From Candidatus Latescibacterota bacterium (GTDB lineage: Bacteria > Latescibacterota > CBDEFO01): DNA of 64,000 bases. The translations under genes were made by a program, and so were the position numbers. The notes under the pieces are model-generated. The model searched no databases, was not told where the DNA came from, and was given only the letters and a program-made list of their open reading frames with translations. The stretch spans positions 1,056,001-1,120,000 of the forward strand of contig CBDEFO010000008.1 of NCBI GenBank assembly GCA_965237525.1, given 5' to 3'. This document shows, one piece after another, positions 31,301 to 40,137 of this stretch (the stretch's first letter is position 1; every line of letters begins with the position of its first letter).

Positions 31301-31729
31301 GAGACAGGCCGAAAGACATATAAGCCCTTCTGAGTATTCTCTCAGGATCTCTTTATCGACTCTCGGGTGGTAGTAGAAACCTTCCAGATAGGCTGCTGAG
31401 ACTATCTTCATAAGGTTTTTGTAGCCCTTGTTGTTTTTGGCTAAGAGGACGAGGTGATTGGCTCCGTCCTTTATGCCCATAACCTCTCTTCTGCTATTCA
31501 TCCCCTCGATTGCGACGTAGACTTCGCAGCCGATTATGGGTTTTATGCCTTTTTCCTTAACTTTCTTGTAGAACTCCACGGCTCCGAACATGTTTCCGTG
31601 ATCGGTGATGGCGATGGCGGGCATTCCGAAGTCTGATGCTCGCTGAGCCATATCCTCGATTTTGACGGCACCGTCCAGAAGGCTGTACATGGTATGGTTG
31701 TGCAGATGAACAAAACCGGCTAATGGCAT
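28307..31729 (-). CDS. dnaE: DNA polymerase III alpha subunit
   Basis: PHP domain HLHNHTMYSLLDG, GRGSGAAS, FERFLN..MPDFDIDF, YAFNRAHA, OB fold. Confidence 0.97.
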   Translation of the reverse strand: MPLAGFVHLHNHTMYSLLDGAVKIEDMAQRASDFGMPAIAITDHGNMFGAVEFYKKVKEKGIKPIIGCEVYVAIEGMNSRREVMGIKDGANHLVLLAKNNKGYKNLMKIVSAAYLEGFYYHPRVDKEILREYSEGLICLSACLKGELPYLISMNRPEKAKEAASKYLEIFGEGNYYIELQRHGIKEQGEANPILIEISKELGIPLVATNDAHYLQQDHTSMHDVLICIQTGKTIEDEKRMKFITDQVYLKSPEEMHDLFSDVPEAVENTVQIAEKCDVEIELGRLHLPAYPLPQGYDFPEKYLEDLAREGLQKRYDEIMPQVEERFNIEMDIIKKTDYAGYFLIVADYVRYALENGIRVGYGRGSGAASIVAYALGITGIDPIKYDLIFERFLNLERIEMPDFDIDFSDKDKIISYVTGKYSSDSVCQVITFGTMAAKGVVRDVGRAMGIPYSEVDRIAKLIPNELGITLEGALKSVPELKAMEKSDGPQAELIHYAKFLEGLARHASVHAAAVIIVPGKLTDYVPLYKSPKGDKITTQYDMDICKDLGLLKMDFLGLKELSLQDNVVKMVSEYTPDFDIEKIPLDDKNTYELFGRGDTWGVFQFESQGMRESLRKLKPDNIEDLIAMNALYRPGPMAYIPDYIARKHGMVRIEYDHPLLEPVLKDTYGVIVYQEQVLRIARDLAGFTLGEADMLRAAMSKKKMEIMEKQKGKFFEGCEKKGVEPKIAEKIYNDIAVFSGYAFNRAHAACYAVMAYQNAYLKANYPKEFMAGSLTNDMSDSDKMALMIEECKRIGIELLPPDINESQADFTVTEEGVRFGLAALKNVGRGAADAIVQAIKRVGKFETIFDFCETVDLRTVNRRAIESLIRAGATDSIEGHRAQLMQSLDTAIESAQFAQDQRAKGQISLFDNNQMTAGRTGKRILPPVEEWTETQMLEKEKEVLGFFMSGHPLKKYEDQLNALIAHPSDTLPQLSKGAPVKIGGIITDVRRNTDKKGAQMAFITLEDLKGSVDVVAFSETYGKYSSLIEPDKLVIIKGRMSPNGNKSVQAEEFVVLDEALKGKVKTVNLSIPFELVERGKLMELRKLCEMYSGECDILIHLEDEGNSKSVIRSRTVTVSPSSDLIAALKSRLGEDRVWMK

Positions 31730-32175
31730 GAGGCTCCTCCGAATCGCTCCAAAGATAAAGGTGTTAGAGTGAAAGAGTATAGCTCAAAAAGGGGTGTTTC
31801 AGGAAAGATGACATCTCCCTGACACGGGAAGACATTACATTCATACAGAACTTGTACTTGTTTAACTTATCGGGGAGATTAGGTTTAATTCAAAGGGGAA
31901 AGGGGATCTTTTTGTGGTAGTAAACATAATTCATATCACACGAAATGTCAACCCCCCATTTCAGAATTTTCGGGTCGATTATGGGAGAGAATTTCCTAAG
32001 TTTGCACCAGTTCGAAAGATAACTCAGGTAAAAACATTTTAGCGGGGGAGGTAATTGAAACTTTTTCACGTGAGCATAGGTCTTTACACTCAAAACGAAC
32101 CAGCAACCCTTTAAATTTGTCAATCCAAGCAGAGGTGCGCTCAGCAGAAATCGGATTTTCCTGTCATTTTTTTCG

Positions 32176-32203
32176 TGAACCTTTCCGTAGTTTGACTATC
32201 TAT
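32176..32203 (+). promoter_or_regulatory. Possible ECF-type autoregulatory promoter
   Basis: TGAACC...ATCTA about 45 bp upstream of the ECF sigma gene, similar to GAAC/TCT ECF promoter elements. Confidence 0.35.
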
Positions 32204-32246
32204 ACTATAGATCTAATCACTATAAACCGGTAGAACACACGCAGCT

Positions 32247-33413
32247 ATGAACAGATCTACACTTAAATCCTGGGATGAGGCAGCCCTCGTCAGAGCAGCC
32301 CGTGAAGGATGCGATGAAACATTTTCCATTTTGATTGACCGCTATAGACGAGTCGTCTTTGGAACGGTCTGGTCTGCTTTGCAGGATTTCGACGATGCAG
32401 AGGATGCGACGCAGGAGGCGTTCGTACTGGCCTTCAGGCATCTGAGCGACCTGAAAGATCCGACAAGGTTCTCGTCCTGGATCTATTCGATTGCCAAGAA
32501 TGTAGTGCACAAGTGGCTGGGCAAGAGAGCGTTGAATCGGCATCGTTTTATCCGTCTGGAGGAGGTTTCAGAAGTTGTAGAGGACCGTGCAGAAGACCGT
32601 GTGGAGGAATACCATCCGGAGGAGCTGAGGGAAGCGTTTGAGGTGCTCTCTCCGGAGGATCGGGAAGCGACGACCTTGTTTTACCTGGTCGGGCTAACTC
32701 AGCAGCAGATCGCCGAGCTTCTGAGTATCCCTGTAGGAACGGTTAAGAGCCGCCTGCACCGATCAAGAAACACTTTAAAAAGGAGGTTGTTGGACATGGC
32801 TAAAGAGCATTTTCAAGATCAAGCCCCATGCGAAGATTACAGTCGTGCTGTGATAGGAGGTATGAGAGGTGTGTTTCACTGGAAGAAGCTCATAGAAAAG
32901 GAGGGCCTTGCCGGATGGCGGCCTGAGAGAGGGAGCGAGTCGGAAGAAGCCTGGAGCCGCTCAGATGAAACGATTATCGGGGAGGATATGGACGGCACAG
33001 GTGAACGTCTGATCATCGGTGACGCATCGTGGAAGGACTACGAACTTTCCGTGCTCATCACACCGATGTCAGGCGGTAACGCCCAGGTACAGTTCGGTTT
33101 GTCTGAGGATGGTCAGTGTTATTATATGTTAGACATGTTGCTTGGGTGGCAGGCTGTATCCGTCAGCAAGGTCGACATGAGACCGGGGGCCAGTGGATTG
33201 CAAAAGCTCGACGTGGTAAACTTTCCTATAGAGCGCGGACGAGAATACGATGTCCTGATCGCAACACGGGAGGCATCCATCACCACGTATATCGATGGAA
33301 AGTTAATGAACCAGTTGACAGACTTTTCATACCGGTCCGGCCCGATTGCCTTGAACGTCTGGCAGAGCAAGACGTCCTTCCGGGATCCACGTATTCGCTT
33401 ATACACTTCCTAA
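32247..33413 (+). CDS. ECF RNA polymerase sigma factor with a C-terminal DUF1080-like (ConA-like beta-sandwich) extension
   Basis: DAEDATQEAF..F.SWIYSIA (region 2), IAELLSIPVGTVKSRLHR (region 4); C-terminal LAGW..W..WKDYEL..SGPIAL..FRD. Confidence 0.85.
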   Translation: MNRSTLKSWDEAALVRAAREGCDETFSILIDRYRRVVFGTVWSALQDFDDAEDATQEAFVLAFRHLSDLKDPTRFSSWIYSIAKNVVHKWLGKRALNRHRFIRLEEVSEVVEDRAEDRVEEYHPEELREAFEVLSPEDREATTLFYLVGLTQQQIAELLSIPVGTVKSRLHRSRNTLKRRLLDMAKEHFQDQAPCEDYSRAVIGGMRGVFHWKKLIEKEGLAGWRPERGSESEEAWSRSDETIIGEDMDGTGERLIIGDASWKDYELSVLITPMSGGNAQVQFGLSEDGQCYYMLDMLLGWQAVSVSKVDMRPGASGLQKLDVVNFPIERGREYDVLIATREASITTYIDGKLMNQLTDFSYRSGPIALNVWQSKTSFRDPRIRLYTS

Positions 33414-33566
33414 AAAGGCTAAGGAATAGGCGAAGGCTAAGACAGGAGAGGGCTTCGCCTTTGCCTCCCTTAATGCTGACTGCTTTCATCTGGGGAATGG
33501 CGCAAACATGAAGATGATAAGATAAGAGCAATTGATTCGGAGATAAAGCGCACGCTCTTGTCTCTG

Positions 33567-34979
33567 CTAAATATTGATCGCCTCACCGTAAGCCTGTCCT
33601 GCGGCCTCCATTACGGCTTCTGATAGGGTGGGGTGAGCATGAGGGGTCTTTAAAAGCTCGTGGTATGTGGATTCAAGGGCTTTAGCTGTGCAGAGCTCGG
33701 CTATCATCTCTGTGGCTTCTGCACCTACGATGTGGCCACCCAATATCTGTCCGTACTCGGCGTCGAAGATGAGCTTGACCAGTCCTTCGCTTTCTCCGAT
33801 GGCGATCGCCTTCCCACTGGCTTGAAAGGGGAATCTTCCTATTTTGACCTCGTAGCCTTCCTTTTTTGCCTGCTCTTCTGTAAGCCCTGTGCTTGCCACC
33901 TGGGGTTGACAGTATGTGCAGGAGGGGATGTTGCCATAGTCAATACGATCTCTTTCCATACCTGCTGTCGTGTCTACCACTGAGACGCCCTCTGCGGATG
34001 CGACGTGAGCCAATAAGGGGGGGCCGACTATGTCCCCTATGGCGTATATTCCGTGGACGGTGGTCTGGAGGGTTTCGTCCACTGTTATAAATCCTCTTTC
34101 TGTCTCTATGCCTAATTCTTCCAGTCCTATGTTCTCTATATTTCCCTGAACTCCTACAGCCATCAGAACGATATTTACGCTGCGTTCTATCTTATCCCCC
34201 TTTGCAGATGCGATCACCTTAATATCTTCTGAGGTCGTATCTACACTTTCCACTTTGCAATCTGTTAATATCTCTATTCTGCTCTTGGAAAGCGACTTGG
34301 AGAGTACGTCTGTAATTTCACTATCTTCCAAGGGGAGGATGCTGGGCATCATCTCCATGAGTGTGACCTCGCATCCGAAGGCGTTGTAGAAGTAGCCAAA
34401 CTCCACTCCTATGGCTCCTCCTCCGATAATTACCATGGATTCGGGGAAAGTCTCCAAGTTCATAGCCTCGCTGCTTGTGATGATCTTCATCCTGTCTATC
34501 GCCACATTGGGCAGGGATCTCGGTCTTGCTCCTGTGGATATTATTGCATTTTTATAGGTCAGGGAGTCAATTATCTTCCCATCCTCGTCTATGACGTCTA
34601 TATTGCCCTTTGAGGAGAACCTTCCGCTCCCCTTATAGACCGTGATCTTGTTTTTTCCCATCAGATATTCTACGCCTTTTGAGAGTCTCTGGGCTGTCCT
34701 TCTGCTCCTTTTGATGATCTTTTGAAAATCGAAGCCGAGATTGTCGAGTTTTATCCCGAATTCGTCCGCTCTACGGATGATCTGGTAGATCTCTGCGCTC
34801 CTCAGGAGGGCTTTGCTGGGGATGCATCCCCAGTTTAGGCATACGCCTCCGAGACTGTCTCTTTCGATCAGGGCTGTATTCATTCCCAATTGCGACGCCC
34901 TGATAGCCGCGGTGTATCCCCCCGGTCCGCTGCCGATGATGGCTAAATCGAATTCATCTGCCATTTGATCTTTCCTCAT
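33567..34979 (-). CDS. lpdA: Dihydrolipoyl dehydrogenase
   Basis: GSGPGG, GGVCLNWGCIPSK, GGGAIG, HAHPTLSE. Confidence 0.96.
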   Translation of the reverse strand: MRKDQMADEFDLAIIGSGPGGYTAAIRASQLGMNTALIERDSLGGVCLNWGCIPSKALLRSAEIYQIIRRADEFGIKLDNLGFDFQKIIKRSRRTAQRLSKGVEYLMGKNKITVYKGSGRFSSKGNIDVIDEDGKIIDSLTYKNAIISTGARPRSLPNVAIDRMKIITSSEAMNLETFPESMVIIGGGAIGVEFGYFYNAFGCEVTLMEMMPSILPLEDSEITDVLSKSLSKSRIEILTDCKVESVDTTSEDIKVIASAKGDKIERSVNIVLMAVGVQGNIENIGLEELGIETERGFITVDETLQTTVHGIYAIGDIVGPPLLAHVASAEGVSVVDTTAGMERDRIDYGNIPSCTYCQPQVASTGLTEEQAKKEGYEVKIGRFPFQASGKAIAIGESEGLVKLIFDAEYGQILGGHIVGAEATEMIAELCTAKALESTYHELLKTPHAHPTLSEAVMEAAGQAYGEAINI

Positions 34980-35084
34980 TATCTTTTTCGAGTTTCATTT
35001 CTACGCTTGTACTCGGTGCAATCTTTACTTGTGTCATCTTTCTTGTCTCTGCCCATTCTTCCTGTTTTTTCTTTATTCCTCTTT

Positions 35085-35268
35085 CTCCCACAGGGCAACG
35101 GCAAAGGAGACTGAAGGTTCACCGACCATCATGGTACCAAGGATCTGCTTTTTTGTGATACCCCGACCAATCGGAGAAGATGTCGTAACTTGATCAAAGA
35201 CCTCTAGACCCTCTCGTTGAGGCTTCCAGAGGTCCATATCCCGGGGCCCGGACCTTTACGATGCTCAT
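35085..35268 (-). pseudogene. Relic of the N-terminus of a type III restriction (Res) subunit
   Basis: The ATG overlaps the hicA stop (ATGA); MSIVK..MDLWKPQREGLEVF..EPSVSFAVA resembles the Res motifs MSLRxPQxEAL and FPSLxFALATG. Confidence 0.45.
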
Positions 35269-35497
35269 ATCTTCTCCAACGCCTCCCTAAACTGTTCAGG
35301 CGTCATTTCAATCTCCCGAAGGATTTCCCGGACCAATGGTCGGGCAAGATCCCTTCCCGGATGATTTGGCAGGGTGGTTGTCCTCCCGTCAGGATGGCGA
35401 TAAAAGACATGACTTCCCCTCTGTCGCACAGCTTGAAAGCCCAGACGGAGGAGCATTTCTCCATAGTCTTGAAGTTGACGGTTGGAAGACGGGTCAC
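35265..35497 (-). pseudogene. hicA: HicA mRNA interferase toxin, frameshift near 35457
   Basis: MTRLPTVNFKTMEK, then a frame change to MLLRLGFQAVRQRGSHVFYRHPDGRTTTLPNHPGRDL; one A appears to be missing in GAGAAATG. Confidence 0.85.
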
Positions 35498-35712
35498 CGA
35501 GCAACCTCAATTTGTTGAATTCCTACAAAGTTGGGCAGGTCTTCAATTTCCACTTTAAGCTCTTCTAGACACAACTCAAGAACCTCTTTCAAGTTTTTCT
35601 GGAGTTCATCCAGGGTAACCCCTTGGGTATGTGCACCTGGGATGCCCGGAACTATACCCACATAGAGTCTGATTTCTGGGTCCCACTCAACATAAGCGGT
35701 GAAGGTTTTCAT
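35494..35712 (-). CDS. hicB: HicB antitoxin
   Basis: MKTFTAYVEWD..YVGIVPGIPGAHTQGVTLDELQKNLKEVLELCLE; overlaps the hicA start. Confidence 0.9.
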   Translation of the reverse strand: MKTFTAYVEWDPEIRLYVGIVPGIPGAHTQGVTLDELQKNLKEVLELCLEELKVEIEDLPNFVGIQQIEVAR

Positions 35713-35714
35713 GC

Positions 35715-36110
35715 TGGAACTCCATTTTGCAAAGTGAAAAGTTATCTTCGGAATCGCAACGCCTTCGGTGTCCGCTCGACCTTGAACTCCTCTGGCATCT
35801 TCAATCTCGTCATCCGGTTGAGACAATGTATGGTCAGGAATTTACCATCGGGAAGTCACTCAACTATGGCTTGAAGGAAGGATTTTCTAATCTTTTCTTC
35901 AGCATTGTTCAACCGAAATCCTCCAGGTTGCCACCACAGCTACCAGAAGCTCATCGGTGTACTCAGCATTGATCATCACTAGTCCCGCGTCCTTAACTCT
36001 GACAAAAAGTCCTTCCCTCAGTGCACAAACCTGAAACCTACGCCGCCCGCCAATCTACCTGCTTACTAATACCCATCTGCTCTTTCCTGCTGACCAACGT
36101 TTTTCAAAAA
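35715..36110 (-). pseudogene. Relic of the C-terminus of a type III methyltransferase (Mod)
   Basis: Across frames: EQMGISKQVDW/GGVGFRFV and VMINAEYTDELLVAVVA/LEDF match the Mod motifs GGISKxVxWxGGGGFRFY and INxEYxxxxLxEAxxxxEGF. Confidence 0.55.
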
Positions 36111-36112
36111 TA

Positions 36113-36159
36113 ATAGGGCTCCTGTCTGGACTTGTCATCCGTGAATTAAGGAGCCCTAT
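36113..36159 (-). terminator. Possible intrinsic terminator after nuoD
   Basis: 11-bp inverted repeat ATAGGGCTCCT/AGGAGCCCTAT followed by a T-rich tract on the minus strand; the loop is long (25 nt). Confidence 0.35.
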
Positions 36160-36214
36160 GTAGAAAGGCGTTTAAGATGAGTAGTCTGCTTGGAACAGAC
36201 CTTTTAGACATCTT

Positions 36215-37417
36215 CTATCTGTCTATTTCTCCCATGACTACGTCTAAGCTTCCGACGATAGCCACCAGATCTGCTACCATCGCGCCGCGGGCGATTTCAT
36301 TCAGGGCGCTTATGGCCGTAAAGCAGGGGGATCTTGCCTTGAGCCTGTACGGTTTGTCGGAGCCGTCGCTGACTAAATAGAAGCCTAATTCTCCTCTTGG
36401 CGTCTCTGTGCGGACGTATATGTCGCCTTCGGGAGGTCTGATCCTTTTGGGTATGGCTTCGTGAACATCGCCTTCGGGGATGCCATGATCCAGGGCTTGG
36501 TGTATGATCTTGACGGACTCCTTCATCTCCCATATCCTGACCATGTATCTGTTCCAGCAGGAGCCTACAGGTCCGTGTTGGTCGGTTCCGATGGGGATGT
36601 CGAATTCAAATCTGTCGTAGATAGAGTAAGGATCGTCTAATCTGAGGTCCCATCTGACACCTGAACCCCTCAGGTTGGGCCCGGTGACTCCGTAGCTTAT
36701 CGCTACTTCGGGAGGGAGGATGCCGACCTCGGCTGTCCTTTCGATGAATATCTTGTTGAAGGACAAAAGGCCGTTGAGCTCATCGATCTTGGGCTCGAAG
36801 TAATCCAAAAACTCTTTCGTCTTTTCGAGGAAGACGTCAGGAAGGTCTCTTGCGACACCTCCGATCCAGATGTAGTTATAGAGCATCCTTGCCCCGCTGA
36901 GCCATTCCAGAAGGTCTAATATTTTTTCTCTATCCCTGAATGCCCACAGAAAAGGCGTGAACGCCCCTATATCTAGTCCGTACGTTCCGATGCTGACAAG
37001 GTGGCTTGCGATCCTGTTGAGTTCGGCTACTAAGACCCTTATATATTCGACTCTCTCCGGGACCTGGATGTCCATGAGCCTTTCTACTGTCAGTGCATAT
37101 CCGAAGTTCTGGTTCATTGAAGCAATGTAGTCCATCCTGTCCGTATAGGGCATGACTTCGGGATACGTCATATTTTCCGAGTGTTTTTCGAAGCATCTGT
37201 GGAGGTAGCCTATATGTGGCGTCACCTTCTCCACGATTTCGCCGTCGGTCACAAGCTCTAATCTCAAAACCCCATGGGTGCTCGGATGCTGAGGACCCAT
37301 ATTCAAGATCATGTCCTCGCCTTCAAATTCAACGCCAATGGTGTGTGGAGGGGGACTGTCAAATCCGACCGGAAGCTCGGGCTTTTCCTCTTTTTTCTCG
37401 AACAGAGACTTTAACAT
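36215..37417 (-). CDS. nuoD: NADH-quinone oxidoreductase subunit D
   Basis: LNMGPQHPSTHGVLRL, GYLHRCFEK, DRMDY, GSLDVVMGEIDR. Confidence 0.96.
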   Translation of the reverse strand: MLKSLFEKKEEKPELPVGFDSPPPHTIGVEFEGEDMILNMGPQHPSTHGVLRLELVTDGEIVEKVTPHIGYLHRCFEKHSENMTYPEVMPYTDRMDYIASMNQNFGYALTVERLMDIQVPERVEYIRVLVAELNRIASHLVSIGTYGLDIGAFTPFLWAFRDREKILDLLEWLSGARMLYNYIWIGGVARDLPDVFLEKTKEFLDYFEPKIDELNGLLSFNKIFIERTAEVGILPPEVAISYGVTGPNLRGSGVRWDLRLDDPYSIYDRFEFDIPIGTDQHGPVGSCWNRYMVRIWEMKESVKIIHQALDHGIPEGDVHEAIPKRIRPPEGDIYVRTETPRGELGFYLVSDGSDKPYRLKARSPCFTAISALNEIARGAMVADLVAIVGSLDVVMGEIDR

Positions 37418-37445
37418 TATGTTCTCCGTTTATAGCAATCGCGCT

Positions 37446-38138
37446 CTAATTATTATCATCTCCATCTGATGCGTGTTCCTTCTGGGCAGCTTCACCTGTC
37501 ACCCTCGCCTCCTCTGCGGCTCTGGGCTTTATTTCAGCATCGCCACCCTCGGTTTTCCCTGCGGCTTTGGCAGCCGATGCTTTGACTCTGGCGGGCCTCT
37601 TTGCACCGTCACCTTTGGCAGTTGTCGCCGCTTTTTTTGCGGCCATTTCAGCATCCCTTTTTGCCCCTTCTTCTTTGATCCTTTCTACCTCTTCCGGGGT
37701 GTATGTGGCGTAGCGATAGATGAAATCGTCCCTGTCGTAGACAGAGCTCTCATATTCTGGCGTCATTACGAGGCATTCTGTGGGACAGGGATAGACGCAG
37801 AGGGCGCAGTAGCAGCACTTGGACATGTCAATATCGAAGCGCACTACGTGAAGTCTCTTTTTATGCCCCGTAGTGGTCTCACCCAGGTCTTCACCCGGGC
37901 CAACTTTGACTGTCTCTATATAGATGCAGTCCACAGGACAGATCCTGGCGCACTTGTCACAGCCTATGCAATCGTCTATGTCGTTGAAGAGCTGGCCTCT
38001 TGCCCCTGGTGGAAGTTCCCACTTTTCATCCGGATATTGGAGTGTGACGGCTCTGGTAAAAAGGTGTCTGAACGTAAGTCTCATACCGACCAGGACAGTC
38101 CACACCCCTGAGAATATGTCGACAAAATACCCTCTCAC
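37446..38138 (-). CDS. nuoI: NADH-quinone oxidoreductase subunit I with an Ala/Lys-rich tail
   Basis: TLQYP, CIGCDKCARICP and CCYCALCVYPCP ferredoxin motifs. Confidence 0.93.
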   Translation of the reverse strand: MRGYFVDIFSGVWTVLVGMRLTFRHLFTRAVTLQYPDEKWELPPGARGQLFNDIDDCIGCDKCARICPVDCIYIETVKVGPGEDLGETTTGHKKRLHVVRFDIDMSKCCYCALCVYPCPTECLVMTPEYESSVYDRDDFIYRYATYTPEEVERIKEEGAKRDAEMAAKKAATTAKGDGAKRPARVKASAAKAAGKTEGGDAEIKPRAAEEARVTGEAAQKEHASDGDDNN

Positions 38139-38713
38139 GACTCGCTTTCCTCCTCTTTTTCGGACTCCGTCTCTTTGTGAGCAATTTCTTTACGAAACAT
38201 CGGCTCTATGAAGGTCCCTCTGTTCGGATCCAGATCTTCGTCATAGGGAACTCTCATCCCTCTGTAGAATTCCTGCACTTGATAGTCTTTTCTTAAGGGG
38301 TATCCCTCCCAATCGTCGGGGAGGAGTATCCTTCTGAGATCAGGATGGTCCTCAAAGACCACGCCGACAAGGTCGTAGGCTTCTCTTTCGTGCCAGTCGG
38401 CCGTTCTCCATACGGATTCCACCGATGGGACGGAGCCATTTTCTCTCGGGACTTCAACTTTCAGCACGAACTTATGTCCCTTTACGTTGGAGTAGAGGTG
38501 ATAGACGACTTCGATGCTTTCCGGGTAGTCAACACTACTTAAGCACATCAGACAATCGAAGGCAAGTTCCTCGTCGTCTTTCATAAAGCGGGCTACGTCG
38601 AGCACAGATTTGGGAGAGAGTTTCACATATAGTTGGACTGCTTGGGGGTTAAATTCCAAGATAGATTCGCCGAACTTCTCTTTGAGTTTATTGTGGATCT
38701 CCTCGGCGTTCAT
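38135..38713 (-). CDS. nuoC: NADH-quinone oxidoreductase subunit C
   Basis: [40 protein letters not shown]. Confidence 0.95.
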   Translation of the reverse strand: MNAEEIHNKLKEKFGESILEFNPQAVQLYVKLSPKSVLDVARFMKDDEELAFDCLMCLSSVDYPESIEVVYHLYSNVKGHKFVLKVEVPRENGSVPSVESVWRTADWHEREAYDLVGVVFEDHPDLRRILLPDDWEGYPLRKDYQVQEFYRGMRVPYDEDLDPNRGTFIEPMFRKEIAHKETESEKEEESES

Positions 38714-39255
38714 GCAGCCTCCTCCTCAGCACTTGCACTCCCGGTCAGCTTATTGATCTTATCCGCCAAAAGGGACTCATCTTTGATCTTCTCCTGAAGC
38801 TTCATAAGTCCTTCCATAAGTGCTTCAGGTCTGGGAGGACATCCCGGGACGTAGACATCTACGGGGATAACCTGATCTACACCCTTTAGGACATGGTAGC
38901 CGAAGTTCCAGTAGGGACCTCCGCAGGTGGCACAGCTCCCCATCGAGATGACGTATTTAGGATCGGGCATCTGCTCGTAGAGCCGCTTTATCCTGGTTGC
39001 CATCTTCAAGGTCACCGTTCCGGCTACGATCATGAGATCGGACTGTCTGGGGCTGGGTCTGAAGACGCCGGCCCCGAAGCGGTCGAGGTCGTATCTTGAG
39101 GCCCCCGTGGCCATCATCTCGATGGCGCAGCAGGCAAGTCCGAAAGTCATAGGCCACAGGGATGATTCCCTTGCCCAGTTAAATATCTTATCCACGGAGG
39201 TTATGATAATGTTGTTTCCGTACCTGCCCTCCGTTATTGTCTCCTCTTGGGACAT
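38710..39255 (-). CDS. nuoB: NADH-quinone oxidoreductase subunit B
   Basis: [36 protein letters not shown]. Confidence 0.96.
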   Translation of the reverse strand: MSQEETITEGRYGNNIIITSVDKIFNWARESSLWPMTFGLACCAIEMMATGASRYDLDRFGAGVFRPSPRQSDLMIVAGTVTLKMATRIKRLYEQMPDPKYVISMGSCATCGGPYWNFGYHVLKGVDQVIPVDVYVPGCPPRPEALMEGLMKLQEKIKDESLLADKINKLTGSASAEEEAA

Positions 39256-39934
39256 CTATGTTCTCCTCCTGACAAGTATCTGTAGTATTATCGCAGCGTT
39301 GAGTATAGGTCTATGGTTTTGCCTTCATATCGATAGGCGAATTGACTCCTTACATTTCCCATTAGTAATATAAGCTATAGTGCTTTGCGTGTCAACCCTA
39401 TAGATGTATTTTTGAGGTTTATGGTCAAAAAAGCTGCCAGTCGTACTGAAATCCCAGTTCTTCGTGGACTATCAGAATGAAAAGATGAAGAATCTTCTCT
39501 GATTGGGGAGGATAAGTTAATCTGGACTAGGTATTGCAAATGAAATATATTTGAAGGAAAGTGACGTTGCTTATTTGGATGCTCTACGGTCGCCTGATAT
39601 TGAGATTGCTAACCTGACGCGTCGCAGACCCTTCCCTAAGCTCTGGGCTAATGGTCTTGGGCTTCCCCCCGACTCCCCCCGATAGATTCAATCGGGGACT
39701 CGCAATGACTTAGGGTCGCAAGGAGGAAACATCGTTTGAAGTAGTCAAGCCCTGAAACAATCCCCAAGGGAGTTCTAATAATTCGCTAAGACGAGCTTGA
39801 AAAATACAACCCTTCCGAATCGGAGAACAAAAAATTTCTAAACATCCTTGACTTCAGCACGTTTTAGCTTATATTATTTCCTCATAATGATAAGATAGAG
39901 TTGAAGGCGCATACGCTCGTGGAATCAGGGACAT

Positions 39935-40035
39935 CAATAAAATATGATCTGCTGTTCAGAGATGAAGTAATCGTGGATCCCTGACAAAAGATCAACGGTG
40001 TTATGAACGTGGCCGTAAAGCATGGTAACGTGAGG
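39935..40035 (+). pseudogene. Short relic of an amidohydrolase/dihydroorotase-like N-terminus
   Basis: KYDLLFRDEVIVDP*QKINGVMNVAVKHGNV resembles KYDLLIKGGxVIDP..DGxxDVAxxDGKI. Confidence 0.4.
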
Positions 40036-40137
40036 AAGAGGGATGACTTTAAAAGGGAACGACTTTAAAGATCGAAACGTCTGATGAAGTGATAGCGCTC
40101 CCCTTCGGGGGGGGGTACAGAAGATGGAGCAGATACT

